From positions 1-49,215 of IMG/VR virus record IMGVR_UViG_3300033067_001588: DNA of 49,215 nucleotides. One strand, 5' to 3'. The position numbers were made by a program, and so were the translations under genes. The stretch is from a virus (lineage: Duplodnaviria > Caudoviricetes). Position 1 is the stretch's first letter; every line of letters begins with the position of its first letter. Under the pieces are notes generated by a model. The model worked only from the letters and a program-made list of their open reading frames with translations. It did no database searches and was not told where the DNA came from. Below are positions 8,906 to 17,131 of the stretch, one piece after another.

Positions 8906-9431
8906 GATGAGGTGAAACATGTCCGACAAGCCAGCGCCGGTCCAAGGTGAAGAGCAGCAGCAAAACGTGTATGAAGCGTTGTTACAGTCACTTAATAAGG
9001 TGACACGTGACCAATTATATTATGGTAATTGGATTCAGGGTGAAAGCGCGGTTATTACCAGCACTACAACAAATCAACCATCTAAACCGTTAACAATAGC
9101 AGACTTAAACAGCGCTATTGAAATGGTTAAGAAAGGGGATGCTTTACAACAAAAAGGCATCGGCAAGGATTGGTTTTGTGTAATAAATCCACAACTTGTA
9201 GAACCTATCAAAGAGATGGCAAAGCAATATGTAAAAGTCCCTAATTATGTCATGTCTCCATTTGAGATTGATTATATTATGGGGAGGCGCGTATTGATTG
9301 ATGTTGCAGCACCTTTGAACATTGAATACATGGACCAACAAACCGCCAAACGCAAATATCCATCACATTTTGAGTCGACCAATGATGAGGTGAAATAATG
9401 TCCGACAAGCCAGCGCCGGTCCAAGGTGAAG
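8906..9431 (+). repeat. direct repeat of RBS plus the first 34 bp of a gene (8919-8952 = 9398-9431)
   Basis: atgtccgacaagccagcgccggtccaaggtgaag occurs twice, each preceded by gatgaggtgaaa. Confidence 0.95.
8919..9398 (+). CDS. AT-rich hypothetical protein
   Basis: GAGGTG RBS; first 11 codons are identical to the next gene. Confidence 0.7.
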   Translation: MSDKPAPVQGEEQQQNVYEALLQSLNKVTRDQLYYGNWIQGESAVITSTTTNQPSKPLTIADLNSAIEMVKKGDALQQKGIGKDWFCVINPQLVEPIKEMAKQYVKVPNYVMSPFEIDYIMGRRVLIDVAAPLNIEYMDQQTAKRKYPSHFESTNDEVK

Positions 9432-9622
9432 CACGATTTGAGAAGCGCACAGTACACAGCCGCGTGATTGACCGTCAAGGTGAAGCGCACATAGTCGAGT
9501 CTGAAGTGGATGCGTTAGTCATTCCGATTGAAGGCCAGTTTGGGAATGGCGACACGTTGAGCATCACATACACATTGCCACTGGAAGACAACGTCAAACC
9601 AAAGCCGGACAAGCAATCCTAA
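9398..9622 (+). CDS. hypothetical protein
   Basis: GAGGTG RBS, followed by a terminator. Confidence 0.65.
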   Translation: MSDKPAPVQGEARFEKRTVHSRVIDRQGEAHIVESEVDALVIPIEGQFGNGDTLSITYTLPLEDNVKPKPDKQS

Positions 9623-9646
9623 ACGACTGCAAATCAACAGCATCAT

Positions 9647-9677
9647 AAACGCCTCGCCTGACACGCGGGGCGTTTTT
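9647..9677 (+). terminator. intrinsic terminator
   Basis: aaacgcctcgc-ctgacac-gcggggcgttttt hairpin with U tract. Confidence 0.75.
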
Positions 9678-9679
9678 GT

Positions 9680-9709
9680 TGGACAGCGATTTTAGCGCGA
9701 CTGTATAAT
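9680..9709 (+). promoter_or_regulatory. putative late promoter
   Basis: TGGACA-N18-TATAAT; TTGGACAGCG is shared with the promoter at 33026. Confidence 0.6.
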
Positions 9710-9741
9710 GCAATTAAGACCAAATGTGCTATGAGGTGCGC

Positions 9742-9936
9742 ATGAAAGACGCTTTTAAGTACGCCCAAAACCAAGCACTGGGTATGCAGTTTGAGATGTT
9801 CACCTACCGCATACCCGGTGTGCAATATGCGTGGGAAGTGCATCCCATCGTGACGTGGGTGATGCAAGTCCTCAATGGCATCAGCGAGCCGGTCACCCAA
9901 GCGCTATTTAACCGACTGGTGAAGGTGGAATATTAA
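9742..9936 (+). CDS. hypothetical protein
   Basis: GAGGTG RBS before ATG 9742. Confidence 0.6.
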   Translation: MKDAFKYAQNQALGMQFEMFTYRIPGVQYAWEVHPIVTWVMQVLNGISEPVTQALFNRLVKVEY

Positions 9937-10241
9937 TGACCCTGCGGACTAACCAACTCTACAAGGATTTTGATAACAATGGCGTGCCGCTGCTGACCAT
10001 CACCTATGACTGGGACGATGCGCTGACGCCAGCACAAGTCACGGCAGTGCATGTGACGAATGCGGATACCCGACCGCGTAATATCCAAGTGACATCGACC
10101 TTCAACGCTAAAGTCTACAGCTTCACCATCCAGCCGGGCGCACAAATCGACCAAGCTGTGCCCAACAGCGTGCAAAATCGGCTGCGCGTGCAAGTGCTGG
10201 CATCCGGCAAGTTGGATGGGCTGGATTGGAATATTAGCTAA
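9936..10241 (+). CDS. putative virion structural protein (beta-rich)
   Basis: TAATG coupling; first gene of the fibre-like module. Confidence 0.5.
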   Translation: MTLRTNQLYKDFDNNGVPLLTITYDWDDALTPAQVTAVHVTNADTRPRNIQVTSTFNAKVYSFTIQPGAQIDQAVPNSVQNRLRVQVLASGKLDGLDWNIS

Positions 10242-11077
10242 TGGCGTTTGTATACCGCAGCGGCAGCAGCGCGGGTAATTCGTCCGGCGCAGGGGTATCA
10301 CCCGGCAAGCCAGCCGGTACAGCCGACGGTGATTTGCTGATTGCACGTGCTTACCTCGAAAATGACACCAACACGTGGGCAAGTGTGCCAGCCGGATGGA
10401 GTCTGGCAGGGTCGATTGCCAACACTGGCGCGTTTAAGTTGTGGGTGTACTGGAAAATTGCCAGCGGCGAGCCAGCATCATGGACATGGACACCGACCAC
10501 CAGCAATTGGCGCACGATTACGGTCGATGCGTACAGCGGCGGCGTGTCACCGTCGGTGGATGTGGTGGGTGCGGGTGGGCAAGCGGACACGGTGTTACCC
10601 GCTTCTCAAACCGCACCAAGTGTGACCACGATTGCTGACAATGACCTTGTGGCCTTTAGTTATGGCAACTTCAGCGGCACCAATCCCACATCCATTGGTG
10701 GCTTTGCGACGAATTTACGCACAACATTTGGCGGTGTGGCGGGTGGCGATGCGACTAAGACGCCAGCCGGTGCAACTGGAACATCAAACGCGGGTGGTAC
10801 TGGTACAGAAGACTATGCCGCCATGCACATCGCGTTCGCAATCGGCAGCGGTGGACCGGCGACGTTGGAGCAAGAAGGGTTTCGGTTTCGGAATGACGAC
10901 GGCAGCGAATCGGCGGCGACATGGCGACAGGCACAGGATACGAATGATAGCGTGGCGGTCAGCACCACCATCCGGATGCGGATGCTGATTAACGCTGTGA
11001 ATAATCCTGACGCCGGGCATTACAAACTGCAATATCGCAAAGTGGGTGATGACACATGGTTGGATGTCACCCAGTAA
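10241..11077 (+). CDS. putative fibre/receptor-binding virion protein
   Basis: G/A/T/S-rich; KPAGTADGDLLIA...VPAGWSL...YWKIA pattern typical of phage adhesin-like domains. Confidence 0.55.
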   Translation: MAFVYRSGSSAGNSSGAGVSPGKPAGTADGDLLIARAYLENDTNTWASVPAGWSLAGSIANTGAFKLWVYWKIASGEPASWTWTPTTSNWRTITVDAYSGGVSPSVDVVGAGGQADTVLPASQTAPSVTTIADNDLVAFSYGNFSGTNPTSIGGFATNLRTTFGGVAGGDATKTPAGATGTSNAGGTGTEDYAAMHIAFAIGSGGPATLEQEGFRFRNDDGSESAATWRQAQDTNDSVAVSTTIRMRMLINAVNNPDAGHYKLQYRKVGDDTWLDVTQ

Positions 11078-11086
11078 GGAACCTAA

Positions 11087-12058
11087 ATGGCATTTGGATT
11101 ACCGGACAAGGGCGCAGGCGCGAGTGATGTGCAGTCGATTGTTTTCAGCGAGTACCTGAAAGCGCTGTGGGCGGGTGTTGACGGTGTGGATTGTGTGTTG
11201 TCCGGCTGCGCGGTAACCGCACAAGCCTCGCCGGACATGACCGTGGCGGTTGCCAAGGGCGCAATACTGAGCAATGGCACTTTGCGAGCGGTGACGGCTG
11301 GTAACGTGACCATCACAGCGGCAGATGCGACTAATCCACGTATTGATTTGATTGTGGTCAACAGCAGCGGCACCGAAACAGTGCGCACGGGCACAGCAGC
11401 CGCCAACCCGGCACCACCCACACGCACGGCCAATGATGTGGTACTGGCGGTGGTGTATGTTCCGGCGAATGACACCGCTATTCAAACCAACCAGATTAGC
11501 GACATCCGGATCACGCGCACGCAGGGACCCATCGTTATTTATAAGACGACCGCTGCCGAAACGACCAACACCACCTTAGCTGCGATTGAAGCGCTGAACA
11601 AAGCCAACAGCGGCGTGACCATTCCAAGTGGATTGTTTTTGGCGGGTAAAGTGCTGCGCGTGCGATTGGGCGGCAACATGTTACTCAACAGCGGCACGCC
11701 GACTGTACGTGTGGTGATTCAATATGGCGGCACGGTGATGTTCAGCGATATTTCGGGTGTGTCGACTGCTGATACCGACCGCGCACCGTGGTTTTTGGAT
11801 TTTGATATTGTGGCACAGGGTAACGCTGACCAATCACTCAACGGGAACCTTGCTATGGGTATCATCGCGGCGAAAACTGCGCCCACCACCGGCTTAGGTG
11901 ATGCATGGACAACAGCCGCCAACATCGGACCGGTATCAGGTGCAGCGGCAGTGAATAGCGATGCGGCAGACCGTTTATTATCTGTGCAAATTACGTTCAG
12001 CGTGAGCAATGCGGCAAATGAATTGGTGGTTGAATCAGCCACGGTGGAATTGTTGTAA
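11087..12058 (+). CDS. putative tail/fibre structural protein
   Basis: GCAVTAQASPDMTVAVAKG...ADATNPRIDLIVV...LAVVYVPA...ISDIR resembles siphophage minor tail protein N-terminal domains. Confidence 0.6.
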   Translation: MAFGLPDKGAGASDVQSIVFSEYLKALWAGVDGVDCVLSGCAVTAQASPDMTVAVAKGAILSNGTLRAVTAGNVTITAADATNPRIDLIVVNSSGTETVRTGTAAANPAPPTRTANDVVLAVVYVPANDTAIQTNQISDIRITRTQGPIVIYKTTAAETTNTTLAAIEALNKANSGVTIPSGLFLAGKVLRVRLGGNMLLNSGTPTVRVVIQYGGTVMFSDISGVSTADTDRAPWFLDFDIVAQGNADQSLNGNLAMGIIAAKTAPTTGLGDAWTTAANIGPVSGAAAVNSDAADRLLSVQITFSVSNAANELVVESATVELL

Positions 12059-13822
12059 ATGGCAGCATCACGCGGCAATGGGTTGGTTCTAGGCGGCTCT
12101 ACGTCCTATTTAGGGCAAGGGCAGTTGGGTGCGCCGGATACTAATCCAGCGGTGAAACTGTCGCTCAGCAGCAACATCGCCGCGAATGCCGCCACCGCGA
12201 CTACTGCGCAACTAACGGCACCATCCGGCAAAACCACAGCCGATTTTGTGGCGGGTGACATATCTGACGATACCAATCCGCTGTACCTCGACATCACGGC
12301 TGATGATTACACCGAATTGGAATTTGCACTGGCACTGGCGGCTGATGCATCTGGTGATTATGAATTCCGCATCGTGTTCAATGGCGCAGTGCTCGACACC
12401 TACAGCGTTACCCCTGTGCTGTCAGTCACGACCAGCGGCGGGACAACGTATACCGTGTCCATTAGTGGCACGTTGACACCTGCCGGGGCGCTCATCAAGC
12501 AAGACAGCAAGCTGGTGGCGGGAACCTTGACACCTGCCGGACTGTTGAGCAAGCAACTTGCCAAACTTATCGCTGGAACGTTGACTCCAGCGGGATTGCT
12601 TCAGAAGCAACCGTCCAAACTAATGTCTGGCACACTGACACCGGCGGGAGCCATCACCAAACAGGGCAATAAGGTGGTGGTGGGCACGTTATCACCCACG
12701 GGCAGCATCACCAAGCAAGACAATAAGCTGACATCCGGCACGCTGACACCGACAGGTGCACTGCAAAAGCAAGCCAATAAGATTGCAGAAGGCACACTGA
12801 CACCATCTGGTACGTTGGCGCTGATTAAGACGGTTATCCTGACTCTCGGTGGTACGTTGACATCGAGCGGGGCGCTGATTAAACAGGCGGGTAAAGTCAC
12901 AGCGGGAACGTTGACTCCAGCTGCCACGCTCATCAAACAGGTGAGCAAGATTGTCGCCGGAACGTTGACACCAGCTGGTGCACTGAGTAAGCAAGACTCT
13001 AAACTGACCGGCGGCAGCTTATCCAGCAGCGGCGGATTGCTCAAACAGGCCAACAAGGTGGTGGGCGGTACGTTGACACCTGCCGGAAGTGTGCTGAAGC
13101 AAGCATCCAAGCTGGTGGCTGGCACATTGACTCCAGCGGCGACACTCATCAAACAGGTCAACAAAGTGCTGGCGGGAACGTTTACGCCCAGCGGTGCGTT
13201 GAGCGCGGCCAAGTCCACCTTCCTCAAACTGTTGGATGTGGGCGGCACGTTGACACCGAGCGGTGCGCTGACCAAGCAAGCATCCAAGCTGATGAGTGGG
13301 ACGTTATCGCCAACCGGCGCATTACTCAAACAAGCGGGTAAGGTGGTGCGCGGCACGTTGACACCAGCGGGTGTTATCAGCCTGACGAAAGTGGTCAGCA
13401 AGAGTTTCAGCGGCACATTGACATCCAGCGGGGCGCTGCGCAAACAGGCCAACAAGACGCTAGACGGTACGCTGACACCATCCGGCGGACTCATCAAGCA
13501 AATCCATAAATTCTTTGGCGGCGTCCTGACCAGCGTGGGCGCGTTCATCGGCGTCAACAACAGCACGACGGTGGTGCAAATCGGTTATGACGTGGCGGAT
13601 ACACGACGCATGCCGGTGTTATTCGAACAGGGTGCACGTCCGATTTACTACGATGATGCACGGGCGCTGATGGCCTACGATGACACCCACATTAAGACGC
13701 TGTTTGAGGGAACAACCGCGCCGCAACTTTACGACCGCCAACCGATTACACTATACTATGATGAAAACAAATGTGCGGTTTTGTCGGTCATAAATGGCTC
13801 GACAATGATTTATGGAGATTAA
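12059..13822 (+). CDS. repeat-rich fibre-like protein with about 20 x 18-aa GTLTPxGxLxKQxxK repeats
   Basis: Tandem repeats visible in the translation. Confidence 0.65.
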   Translation: MAASRGNGLVLGGSTSYLGQGQLGAPDTNPAVKLSLSSNIAANAATATTAQLTAPSGKTTADFVAGDISDDTNPLYLDITADDYTELEFALALAADASGDYEFRIVFNGAVLDTYSVTPVLSVTTSGGTTYTVSISGTLTPAGALIKQDSKLVAGTLTPAGLLSKQLAKLIAGTLTPAGLLQKQPSKLMSGTLTPAGAITKQGNKVVVGTLSPTGSITKQDNKLTSGTLTPTGALQKQANKIAEGTLTPSGTLALIKTVILTLGGTLTSSGALIKQAGKVTAGTLTPAATLIKQVSKIVAGTLTPAGALSKQDSKLTGGSLSSSGGLLKQANKVVGGTLTPAGSVLKQASKLVAGTLTPAATLIKQVNKVLAGTFTPSGALSAAKSTFLKLLDVGGTLTPSGALTKQASKLMSGTLSPTGALLKQAGKVVRGTLTPAGVISLTKVVSKSFSGTLTSSGALRKQANKTLDGTLTPSGGLIKQIHKFFGGVLTSVGAFIGVNNSTTVVQIGYDVADTRRMPVLFEQGARPIYYDDARALMAYDDTHIKTLFEGTTAPQLYDRQPITLYYDENKCAVLSVINGSTMIYGD

Positions 13823-13824
13823 GC

Positions 13825-14004
13825 ATGGCAACCAAAGTTCCATTGCCCGTACCACAACCGACCGTATCCTATGTCAAGCTGCTGGTGGTCAAAGAGTTGC
13901 GCCTTGAAAACGCATTCTATACCGCCGGACATGAAATCGAAGTCTTTCATCATGAAGCGATTGCGCTGCTGCGCGATTATCCCGAACATTTCGAGGTGGT
14001 CTAA
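13825..14004 (+). CDS. small hypothetical protein
   Basis: GGAG RBS, ATG at 13825. Confidence 0.6.
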   Translation: MATKVPLPVPQPTVSYVKLLVVKELRLENAFYTAGHEIEVFHHEAIALLRDYPEHFEVV

Positions 14005-14657
14005 TGATTGGTAAATTGGGCATGAGCGGATCCGTCGAATTCGAAGTGATTCGACCGGCTGTTAAGAAAGCGCCGTTGTCATGGCGGCTGCGCAATTGGT
14101 TCACGTGGATGTTCATCACCAGTTGGTTTTGGACACAGGTATTCATCCCAATCGCTCGCTTCCTGAAAGCGCCGATGGTCATGATGTACGGCGAGTTATC
14201 CATCCGTGTGCGCAAAGGCGACACCGGCGAGTGGATTGATTACGGCGTGGTGTCACGGCGTGTCATCACAGACGCAGGTGTGACCTTCCTGCGTGATGAC
14301 TGGAACAGCGGCGCGAATGACATCAACCTGATGAACTTTCATGGCATCGGTACTGGCGTCACTGCTGAATCAGCCGCACAAACCGCACTGATTACCGAGT
14401 CGACCACTGCGCTCAACCCAAACAACACCCGCGCCAGCGGCACACGGTCAGTCCCGGCGTCTAATCAATACCGCAGCGTGGGCACACTGACAGCCGACGC
14501 GGACATCGCGGTAACTGAACACGGCTTCTTTGACCAATCAGCCACCGGCGGCGGTACGATGTGGGACCGTAGCGTGTTCGCCGCTATAAATTTAGTGGGG
14601 GCAAACCCCGACTCAATCCAGTGTACCTATACCGTCACTTTAGCATCCGGCGGTTAG
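14004..14657 (+). CDS. putative fibre-anchoring (tail-collar-like) protein
   Basis: VITDAG...GIGTG...TALITE...VTEHGFF...TMWDRSVF pattern resembles collar/fibre N-terminal domains. Confidence 0.5.
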   Translation: MIGKLGMSGSVEFEVIRPAVKKAPLSWRLRNWFTWMFITSWFWTQVFIPIARFLKAPMVMMYGELSIRVRKGDTGEWIDYGVVSRRVITDAGVTFLRDDWNSGANDINLMNFHGIGTGVTAESAAQTALITESTTALNPNNTRASGTRSVPASNQYRSVGTLTADADIAVTEHGFFDQSATGGGTMWDRSVFAAINLVGANPDSIQCTYTVTLASGG

Positions 14658-14660
14658 ACC

Positions 14661-15008
14661 ATGCAAATTCCACGCTTGGCAGCTTATGTGGGTGAAGTCA
14701 TTCCGGTGCGCTATTCATTCCTGTCGCGGCTGAAGGATTTCAGAAGCACATCACAGGCACTGACCGGCGCATCGGTGGCATGGGTGAGCCAATCCACATC
14801 ACTGGCAACCTTTGTGAATGGTTCCAACGGTCTGGTGACATCCGACCAAGGCACAGCCGATGGCATTGCCAATGATGCGGTAATTGGTGCGTTTACCATG
14901 CTGGCTGCCGGAATTTGTACAGTGAAGGTGTCGGTAAGTGCGACCAATCCGGCGGCGACTTACGTGGGTGTCATTCAGTTTGAGATAGAGGCGATACCGA
15001 CGCCATAA
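14661..15008 (+). CDS. hypothetical structural protein
   Basis: Beta-rich ORF within the operon. Confidence 0.55.
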   Translation: MQIPRLAAYVGEVIPVRYSFLSRLKDFRSTSQALTGASVAWVSQSTSLATFVNGSNGLVTSDQGTADGIANDAVIGAFTMLAAGICTVKVSVSATNPAATYVGVIQFEIEAIPTP

Positions 15009-15022
15009 GCGAGGCTTCCATC

Positions 15023-15523
15023 ATGGCACTTTCCACAGCCAACAAAGACATCGTTGAGCTACGCCGCGAGCGCGTGGCTCATTTACGTTTAAAACAACTG
15101 AGTGCGCGTGAGATTGCCGAGGCGCTGGCAACCGGTGATTATCCGCTGCTGAATCCGGAAACCGGCGAGCCATACACGCACACCACCATCCTCAGTGACA
15201 TCAAGGCGCTGAATAGTCGCTGGCGCAAGGATGCCAACATCGCCACCGAGAAACACGCCGCGCGTCAATTCGCCGAGATGCAAGAAACCAAGCGCTTGGC
15301 GTGGCAGCAAAATGATGGTGACTTGGTCATCAAGGTCATCGACAAGGAAATGAAGCTGCTGGGCACGATGAAACAACCGGATGGCCTGACCATCAACATC
15401 AACATGGAAATCATCGTCAAATTGGTGGAGGCGATTGAGGCACGCGGCGAGTCGGCGGCGACCATCTTCGAGGAAATGTTGCGGGAGATAGAACTTGCTG
15501 ACGTCAATCGACATAGCGCGTAA
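15023..15523 (+). CDS. terS: terminase small subunit
   Basis: N-terminal HTH (LSAREIAEAL), helical; immediately upstream of and overlapping terL. Confidence 0.7.
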   Translation: MALSTANKDIVELRRERVAHLRLKQLSAREIAEALATGDYPLLNPETGEPYTHTTILSDIKALNSRWRKDANIATEKHAARQFAEMQETKRLAWQQNDGDLVIKVIDKEMKLLGTMKQPDGLTININMEIIVKLVEAIEARGESAATIFEEMLREIELADVNRHSA

Positions 15524-16916
15524 TGTCCTCGCGCGGCGTGGCATTCAACGTCCACCGGATCCGCCACCGCTCGGTGCTGCCGATTGGATTCAGCGCAACT
15601 TCTATCTGTACGACAGCGGCGAGTTGATGAGCTTATATGACTGCCAACAACGACCACTGGAACTCTCACAGGCGCGGGATATTGAAGGCCGGTTCCGTTA
15701 CAACACCATTTTGTGGGCATGGCCTAAGAAGTCGGCCAAGTCATCGGTGATTGGCGCGATGGCGGATTACACGGCAGCCACCCGCAAGCGTGGTTCGGTC
15801 AAGTTGGTGGCGAACGATTTGAAGCAAGCGGACAGCCGCGTTGGCTATTACATCCGCGAGAACATCAAGATTGCGCAGTCGCTCGGCAAGCGTGAAGGCA
15901 TCCACATGACGCCTTCTGGGTACCGGATTGATTACCCAAACGGCTCGAAGATTGAATCCGTGCCCATCGACCCAACCGGCGAGGCTGGCGGTAACGATGA
16001 CATGATTGTGTACAGCGAGTTGTGGGGCTGGAAGTCCAAGGCTCATCAGCGCATGTGGTCGGAAATGACGCTCTCACCCAATAAGTGGGGCAGTGCGCAG
16101 CGTTGGATTGATACCTATGCCGGAATTAGCGGCGAGAGTCCCATCCTTGAACAGTTGTATGACACCGGCGTCAAGCAAGGGCGGCTGGTGTGGGACGATT
16201 TGGAAGTGTACGTGAACGATGCGGCGCGTATGCTGACGGTGTGGGTGACACGTCCGATGTTCCCATGGCAGACGGAAGAGTATTACGCGCAGGAAGCCGG
16301 ACAACTGACACCATCCGAGTTCGCCCGGATGCATCGCAACCAATGGGCAGCATCCAGCGAGGCGTTCATCCCAATTGAATGGTGGGACGAGTGCAAAAAC
16401 GATAATTTGTCGGATTTGGGCGGACGCGGTGTCATCATCGGCGTGGATGCAGCGGTTGAAAACGATTGCTTCGCGGTGGTGGTGGTGTCGATGAGTGCCG
16501 AGGGCAAGCCACAAGTGCGCTATGTGAATGTGTGGTCACCGCCGAAAGACGGACAGATTGACTTCACAGCAGTGGAAGCCGAACTGATGCGATTGTTCAG
16601 CACCTATCATGTAGATGAAGTCGCCTATGACCCGTACCAGATGGCAAGCATGGCGCAGCGGCTTGGTGACAACGTCTTCTGGCGGCCTTTTAACCAAGGG
16701 GCACCGCGCTTGGTGGCGGATAAGCGGTTATACGACATGATTCGGGACCGGCAGATTGAACACAGCGGCGAGCCAACGTTACGACAACACATCATCAACG
16801 CTGACCGCAAGCCGGAAGAAGAGAAGCTGCGCATCATCAAACGTGTGCAAACCGGCAAGATTGATGCGCTGGTGGCGCTCAGCATGGCGGTCGATAGATT
16901 GATGTACTACCGATAG
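15495..16916 (+). CDS. terL: terminase large subunit
   Basis: PKKSAKS Walker A-like motif; RNase H-like nuclease IGVDAA, YDPYQ, KIDALVALSMA. Confidence 0.9.
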   Translation: MLTSIDIARNVLARRGIQRPPDPPPLGAADWIQRNFYLYDSGELMSLYDCQQRPLELSQARDIEGRFRYNTILWAWPKKSAKSSVIGAMADYTAATRKRGSVKLVANDLKQADSRVGYYIRENIKIAQSLGKREGIHMTPSGYRIDYPNGSKIESVPIDPTGEAGGNDDMIVYSELWGWKSKAHQRMWSEMTLSPNKWGSAQRWIDTYAGISGESPILEQLYDTGVKQGRLVWDDLEVYVNDAARMLTVWVTRPMFPWQTEEYYAQEAGQLTPSEFARMHRNQWAASSEAFIPIEWWDECKNDNLSDLGGRGVIIGVDAAVENDCFAVVVVSMSAEGKPQVRYVNVWSPPKDGQIDFTAVEAELMRLFSTYHVDEVAYDPYQMASMAQRLGDNVFWRPFNQGAPRLVADKRLYDMIRDRQIEHSGEPTLRQHIINADRKPEEEKLRIIKRVQTGKIDALVALSMAVDRLMYYR

Positions 16917-16924
16917 GAGTTTGC

Positions 16925-17125
16925 ATGGACGCGCTGATTGCCGAAATGAATGAAGTCGAAGTATTAGCCAAAGAACTGTACTACGTTTATGTCAATCGCG
17001 ATGGCAGCGGCTTCACGCCCACTAAGTTCAAGGCATTGCCGCAACCAGAAAAGATTGCGTGGTATCGGACAGCCGAATTTGTCATTAAACGCGGTCAGCG
17101 ATATGAAGAGGCCGACCACAAGTAA
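16925..17125 (+). CDS. hypothetical protein
   Basis: AGGAG RBS; lies between terL and portal. Confidence 0.6.
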   Translation: MDALIAEMNEVEVLAKELYYVYVNRDGSGFTPTKFKALPQPEKIAWYRTAEFVIKRGQRYEEADHK

Positions 17126-17131
17126 GGAAAC

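Noticed and set aside
8906-9431. Repeat pair as a DGR template/variable repeat
   Set aside because: Copies are identical and N-terminal, and no reverse transcriptase is present.
12601-13566. 321-aa minus-strand repetitive ORF, and the 54-bp periodicity as a possible CRISPR array
   Set aside because: Mirror of the coding repeats; copies vary at synonymous positions, there are no unique spacers and no cas genes.
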